From: Lama guanicoe
Taxonomy: Eukaryota
Reading direction: 5' to 3'
DNA: 64,000 bases
Assembly (NCBI GenBank): GCA_013239625.1
Contig: MU053504.1
Span: 1,552,001-1,616,000, forward strand
Below are positions 62,201-64,000 of the stretch, in pieces. The notes under the pieces are model-generated. The model was not told where the DNA came from. It did not search any database and saw only the letters and a program-made list of their open reading frames with translations. Positions within the stretch are counted from its first letter, which is position 1. Each line of letters begins with the position of its first letter. Made by a program: the position numbers and the translations under genes.

Positions 62201-63792
62201 CCAGAGGGACTCATGCATTTCAAGTCCTGCCTTCCTGAATGAGAGCAGATCATTTTATCTCTGCTAGGATCGAAGAAGTGGGCTGGATGAAACGGGAGTG
62301 GGAGGGAGTACTCTGGCATCTCAGGGACCGTGTTGTATATAACTGGGGGCTGGGGCATCATCCGCATTCCAGATGCAGTACGTCTTCATATACCAAGCCC
62401 TTCTGGAGCATTATCTCTACGGAGACACAGAACTGGAAGTCACCTCTCTAGAAACACATCTGCAGAAAATTTACAACAAAATCCCAGGGACCAGCAACAA
62501 TGGATTAGAGGAGGAGTTTAAGGTGAGTTGGAGCTGAATCATGTCTTTCAGGATGAAGGATCCATGTGATCTGTGGAATCTAGAATGTTAGACCCCTTGT
62601 GGATTTACCAGCAAACAGTGAAGCCCCTTGTGAGATATGTGGGTGGTTAAGGAGGTGGGTCTCTGGCCCTCTACTTGCAGCCTAGTCATTCTCAACCCAT
62701 CCTGCACGTTAGACTCATTTGGGTTGTGTTGGGGGGATGGGACAGGCAGTGGTATTTTTTTAAGTCCCCCAGCTCTCCCTCCCAGGTAATTATAACGTAC
62801 AACAAGAGCTAACTTCTTCTGTAAAGGGCCAGATAGTAAATATTTTTGGCTTTTCAGGCCCTGTGGTCTCTGTTGCAACTACTTAACATGCTGTTGTAGG
62901 ACAAAAGCAGCCATAGACACTGTGTAAACAAATGAGCATGGCAGTGTTCCCATAAAACTTCAATTGCATTGAAAAGACCAGATTTGACCCCTAGGCCGCA
63001 GATTGCTGGCCCCTGCTGTATGCCAGTGGGCAGTGGTTCCCATCTGGGGACATACCACACTCTCATCAATAAAAGTACCCCCAGAAAGCAAGAGATTCTG
63101 GGTTGTGATGGGGAAGACCACCTTCCTTAAACACTCCTCAGACTATAATATGTACACGAATTACCTTGGGATCCTGTTACAATGCAGGTTCTGATTCAGC
63201 AGGTCTTAAGTTGTGGCCAGAGATTCTAAATATATAACAAGACGAGACCGATGTTGCTGGTTTATGGGCTACACTTTGAGTAGCGGGAAGATCAGGAAGG
63301 GACCTTGGAATCAGGAGAAGGGATGTACATTTGAGCCAGGTTTTCTAAAGAATCTCAGACAGCTTCTGGTGGTAGAACAGTGTGGAGAGAGGGAGGAAGG
63401 GCATACTCTGTCCTATAAGACTAGGTTCCTTGCCCCAGGATTATAAAGTTCCAGTCTAAGGGAATCCCAGAATGGTCTACAGAAGCCAGGAAAGCAGTGT
63501 TTCCTAAACACTCTTGGCTTATTCAGTGAGCTTCAAAACAGAAAAAACAAAAACATGTGGAGATGGAAGTCAGGGCTCTGGGGAGACCAGCAGTATGCAG
63601 CTAGGGTGGCCTGGAGATACAGGTCCAGTGACAGACATAATCTTGTCAAGTTCAGTTACTGAGATCAGTTAATGTTTCCTTTCCTCTTCCCATTTCAGAA
63701 ATTAACATCAATCAAAATCCAGAATGACAAGATGCGGACTGGAAACCTTCCAGCCAACATGAAGAAGAACCGGGTTTTACAGATCATTCCAT
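17177..63792 (+). CDS. PTPRA: PTPRA multi-exon CDS, 3'-partial: join(17177..17249,17913..18254,25136..25162,35572..35656,37137..37210,37421..37557,50116..50206,51436..51512,56322..56358,58671..58768,59945..60064,60828..60994,61489..61624,62373..62522,63699..63792)
   Basis: Spliced translation gives [21 protein letters not shown]...[45 protein letters not shown]...KNRY...WPD...[10 protein letters not shown]...[10 protein letters not shown], the recognised RPTP-alpha sequence; all junctions GT-AG with compatible phases. Confidence 0.98.
17451..17580 (-). mobile_element. tRNA-derived SINE, camelid Vic-1-like
   Basis: Reverse strand GGGGAGGGTATAGCTCAGTGG (A box) ... GGTTCAATTCCC (B box), A-rich tail; TSD accacat(g/a)ct(c/a)cttt at 17436-17450 and 17581-17595. 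Confidence 0.88.
17770..17796. repeat. (CG)4(TG)8 alternating purine-pyrimidine tract
   Basis: acacgcgcgcgtgtgtgtgtgtgtgtg. Confidence 0.9.
17913..18254 (+). CDS. PTPRA: PTPRA coding exon 2, Ser/Thr-rich glycosylated ectodomain
   Basis: tttgtag|TTTCACCT...CCATCAG|gtacta; VSPSVGVTR...PETFPPS within ORF 17900..18349. Confidence 0.96.
19190..19445 (+). mobile_element. MIR SINE
   Basis: gagtttgaatcccagctctgcc...ctctgtacctcagtttcttcgtctgtaa core. Confidence 0.85.
20200..24030 (-). mobile_element. Degraded L1M (L1MC/L1ME-type) fragments
   Basis: Long T-rich antisense L1-like stretch (ttgaaatgccacctttatcatata, ttgtacctgactctaagg). Confidence 0.65.
23307..23438 (-). mobile_element. tRNA-derived SINE, camelid Vic-1-like
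   Basis: Same family as 17451-17580; TSD gtcctgtatttt at 23295-23306 and 23440-23451. Confidence 0.88.
24035..24547 (-). mobile_element. MLT1-type LTR
   Basis: gtatttgttaggg ... cttttgctcatatgccattgactggaa ... tctgccaca. Confidence 0.65.
25136..25162 (+). CDS. PTPRA: PTPRA 27-nt alternative microexon (GNSDSKDRR)
   Basis: acgcag|GTAATTCTGACTCGAAGGACAGAAGAG|gtgagc; symmetric phase 1; matches the 9-aa insert separating the 802- and 793-aa isoforms. Confidence 0.93.
27615..27850 (+). mobile_element. MIR SINE
   Basis: tccctgtgcctctctgtgccatctgcaaag...tcatagggttgttgtgagga. Confidence 0.75.
28236..28810 (-). mobile_element. 5'-truncated lineage-specific L1 with 17-bp TSD
   Basis: taga(a/g)tagtaccctctt at 28219-28235 and 28811-28827; L1 3'UTR/ORF2 end motifs; TT/AAGA endonuclease-type site. 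Confidence 0.88.
30405..31175. mobile_element. Two tail-to-tail L1 3' fragments (+ about 30405-30695; - about 30696-31175)
   Basis: gtggttaccagaggcaggggg...tgtacaccttaaac, then cctcatataaatggaatcatacagtatttg. Confidence 0.75.
31226..31413. mobile_element. MER20 hAT-Charlie element
   Basis: TIRs cagtggttctcaac ... gttgagaaactctg; internal gctactggcatctagt. Confidence 0.85.
32095..34880. mobile_element. Nested L2s: minus-strand L2 interrupted by a plus-strand L2 (about 33460-34450)
   Basis: ttcattcact start; purine-rich L2 body; pyrimidine-rich block ending tctagaacagtgcctggc...gatgaatg. Confidence 0.7.
35572..35656 (+). CDS. PTPRA: PTPRA transmembrane exon
   Basis: atttcag|ATGAGACG...TTAAG|gtgagc; [29 protein letters not shown]. 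Confidence 0.97.
36662..37009 (+). mobile_element. Sense L1 3'-end insertion with perfect 15-bp TSD
   Basis: aaaagagcctgtttt at 36647-36661 and 37010-37024; AATAAA and A-rich tail. Confidence 0.9.
37137..37210 (+). CDS. PTPRA: PTPRA juxtamembrane exon
   Basis: cattag|GTTTAAG...GATGTGG|gtaaga; [24 protein letters not shown]. Confidence 0.96.
37421..37557 (+). CDS. PTPRA: PTPRA wedge (helix-turn-helix) exon
   Basis: ctgcag|AACCCCAG...TTCAAC|gtgagt; [46 protein letters not shown]. Confidence 0.97.
37750..39270 (-). mobile_element. L2 fragments with an inserted MLT1 LTR (about 38690-39110)
   Basis: cattcatc start; MLT1-like aaaatggctgccccagttctagg...aaaactttcccaaaagc. Confidence 0.6.
39280..43220 (-). 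mobile_element. Ancient ERVL-like (class III) internal region with degenerate gag, protease, RT and integrase
   Basis: Minus-strand translations across frameshifts: [13 protein letters not shown] (protease), PGTW...KQF.FSWQ and QDIT..NYTDA (RT), GECLI...QRTHFTEKV (integrase). Confidence 0.8.
40898..40985 (-). mobile_element. MIR fragment inserted inside the ERVL internal region
   Basis: aatagctaatac...ttattgagcactcactgcatgcca...ggattatgtcagtgttatcct resembles the antisense MIR 3' part. Confidence 0.6.
43221..43560 (-). mobile_element. MLT1 (J/K/L-like) LTR in the 5' LTR position of the ERVL-like element
   Basis: ctcaactaaattaagcaaaaaa...ttggaaagacactggggaagctggcagaatc; degenerate PBS-like ttagtaacagtgggg immediately internal. 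Confidence 0.6.
43560..44500 (+). mobile_element. L1ME-type 3' fragment
   Basis: cagcattatttataatagcaaa, cacatgaaaagaagctcaact. Confidence 0.65.
45570..47460 (+). mobile_element. Sense L1M ORF2 3' half and 3'UTR
   Basis: ctcaatattgtaaacttgtcaattctccccaaactgatgtatagattcaatgcaattccaataaaaatccca; A-rich end. Confidence 0.85.
48300..49075 (+). mobile_element. L2 3' fragment
   Basis: ccaagctagaaacctgagagtcatcctt ... tatttgttgaaagaattaatgaa. Confidence 0.75.
50116..50206 (+). CDS. PTPRA: PTPRA D1 exon with KNRY motif
   Basis: tttcag|GCTCTC...CCTT|gtgagt; [30 protein letters not shown]. Confidence 0.97.
50868..51155 (+). mobile_element. L1 3' end with A-rich tail
   Basis: cacttatgtggaatc...catagatacagagaacagattagtggttac...aaaaacaaaaacaaaaaa. 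Confidence 0.8.
51436..51512 (+). CDS. PTPRA: PTPRA D1 exon (DYINA motif)
   Basis: ttccag|ATGACC...ATCAAT|gtaagg; [26 protein letters not shown]. Confidence 0.97.
52110..52602 (+). mobile_element. L1MB-type 3' fragment inserted in L2
   Basis: ORF 52112..52348 L1 ORF2 C-terminal-like (WKQPSVHQ...[13 protein letters not shown]); ttccacttatatgaggtatctagagtagtca. Confidence 0.85.
53375..53935 (-). mobile_element. MLT1J-like LTR
   Basis: catggtcacgaagtggctgcagcagttccaagcat...tttcccagaagcc. Confidence 0.7.
54260..55700 (-). mobile_element. L2 interrupted by an MLT1 LTR (about 54653-55108)
   Basis: L2 purine-rich body; tgtgtctattggggttc...gatactgggtagcttacagaa...ccaagctgcaagggagtctagg. Confidence 0.65.
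56322..56358 (+). CDS. PTPRA: PTPRA D1 37-nt exon
   Basis: ccccag|GGCTAC...CAAG|gtaaag; [12 protein letters not shown]. Confidence 0.96.
58671..58768 (+). CDS. PTPRA: PTPRA D1 exon (DFWRMIWE)
   Basis: ttttag|GACCA...AAGGAG|gtgagt; [33 protein letters not shown]. Confidence 0.97.
59945..60064 (+). CDS. PTPRA: PTPRA D1 exon (KCAQYWP)
   Basis: ttccag|TGTAAG...CAACAG|gtactg; [40 protein letters not shown]. Confidence 0.97.
60476..60670 (+). mobile_element. MIR SINE
   Basis: gagtcaggagacctg...tcatttaacttctctgagtttcacattccacatctgtaa. Confidence 0.8.
60828..60994 (+). CDS. PTPRA: PTPRA D1 exon with WPD loop and catalytic Cys
   Basis: tcacag|GTGGGC...TGCAG|gtcagt; [27 protein letters not shown]...IVVHC. 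Confidence 0.97.
61489..61624 (+). CDS. PTPRA: PTPRA D1 exon completing [10 protein letters not shown] and the Q loop
   Basis: ccacag|TGCGGGT...ACAGAC|gtgagt; [20 protein letters not shown]...QRCQMVQTD. Confidence 0.97.
62373..62522 (+). CDS. PTPRA: PTPRA D1 C-terminus / D1-D2 linker exon
   Basis: ttccag|ATGCAG...TTTAAG|gtgagt; [23 protein letters not shown]...GLEEEFK. Confidence 0.97.
62803..63015. mobile_element. MER58A hAT-Charlie element
   Basis: tctgtaaagggccagatagtaaatattt...gcagccatagaca...gctggcccctg. Confidence 0.85.
63130..63285. mobile_element. MER5-type hAT-Charlie fragment
   Basis: gaattaccttgggatcctgttacaatgcaggttctgattcagcaggtct...acactttgagtagc. Confidence 0.7.
63699..63792 (+). 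CDS. PTPRA: PTPRA first D2 exon
   Basis: tttcag|AAATTA...CCAT|gtaaga; [31 protein letters not shown]. Confidence 0.97.
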
Positions 63793-64000
63793 GTAAGAGC
63801 CTTCTCCCCACCCCAAAGCCTTAATGCCCCAACCCCTTTTCCCTTCACCCTTCCCACTTCTCAGGTACTAGTTAATGATCATCTTGGAGACAGGAATTAT
63901 GGCATTGCCTCTTACTGCTCCCAGTTCTTTAGTGGCTTCTGGAAATAGCATGAAGGCTAAAGGCTTTCTGCCTCCTGGACTAGGAACAGGCATGTTGTTG

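Noticed and set aside
964..63446. Most ORFs in the six-frame track as independent genes
   Set aside because: Short, with alternative starts, lying in repeats or antisense to exons; only segments matching PTPRA exons or retroelement remnants are supported
63699..63792. KNRV instead of KNRY as an inactivating mutation
   Set aside because: Normal feature of the RPTP-alpha D2 domain
1..64000. CRISPR array, operon or other prokaryotic system
   Set aside because: Spliced mammalian gene with mammalian repeats; no repeat-spacer structure seen

Overview
Mammalian genomic DNA, most likely camelid (two Vic-1-like tRNA-derived SINEs). It holds the middle of the PTPRA gene (receptor protein tyrosine phosphatase alpha) on the + strand. 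I mapped 15 coding exons, from the ATG (17177) through signal peptide, Ser/Thr-rich ectodomain, the 27-nt alternative microexon, TM helix, wedge, complete D1 domain and the start of D2 (63792). All introns are GT-AG and splice phases are consistent (1708 coding nt). The promoter and 3' end lie outside the window. Introns are mostly interspersed repeats (L1, L2, MIR, MLT/ERVL, Tigger, MER). Most interesting: (i) an antisense ancient ERVL-like provirus with gag/protease/RT/integrase remnants attached to an MLT1-type LTR, with a MIR inserted in it; (ii) recursive-splicing-like architecture at the microexon; (iii) a GC-rich candidate internal first exon before the TM exon; (iv) a young sense L1 chimera carrying poly(A) signals after the TM exon; (v) a candidate 5'UTR exon with a GC donor; (vi) a near-perfect 120-bp tandem duplication. 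Repeat family names and comparisons with human, mouse and ERVL sequences are from recall, not database searches. No prokaryotic-type system is present.
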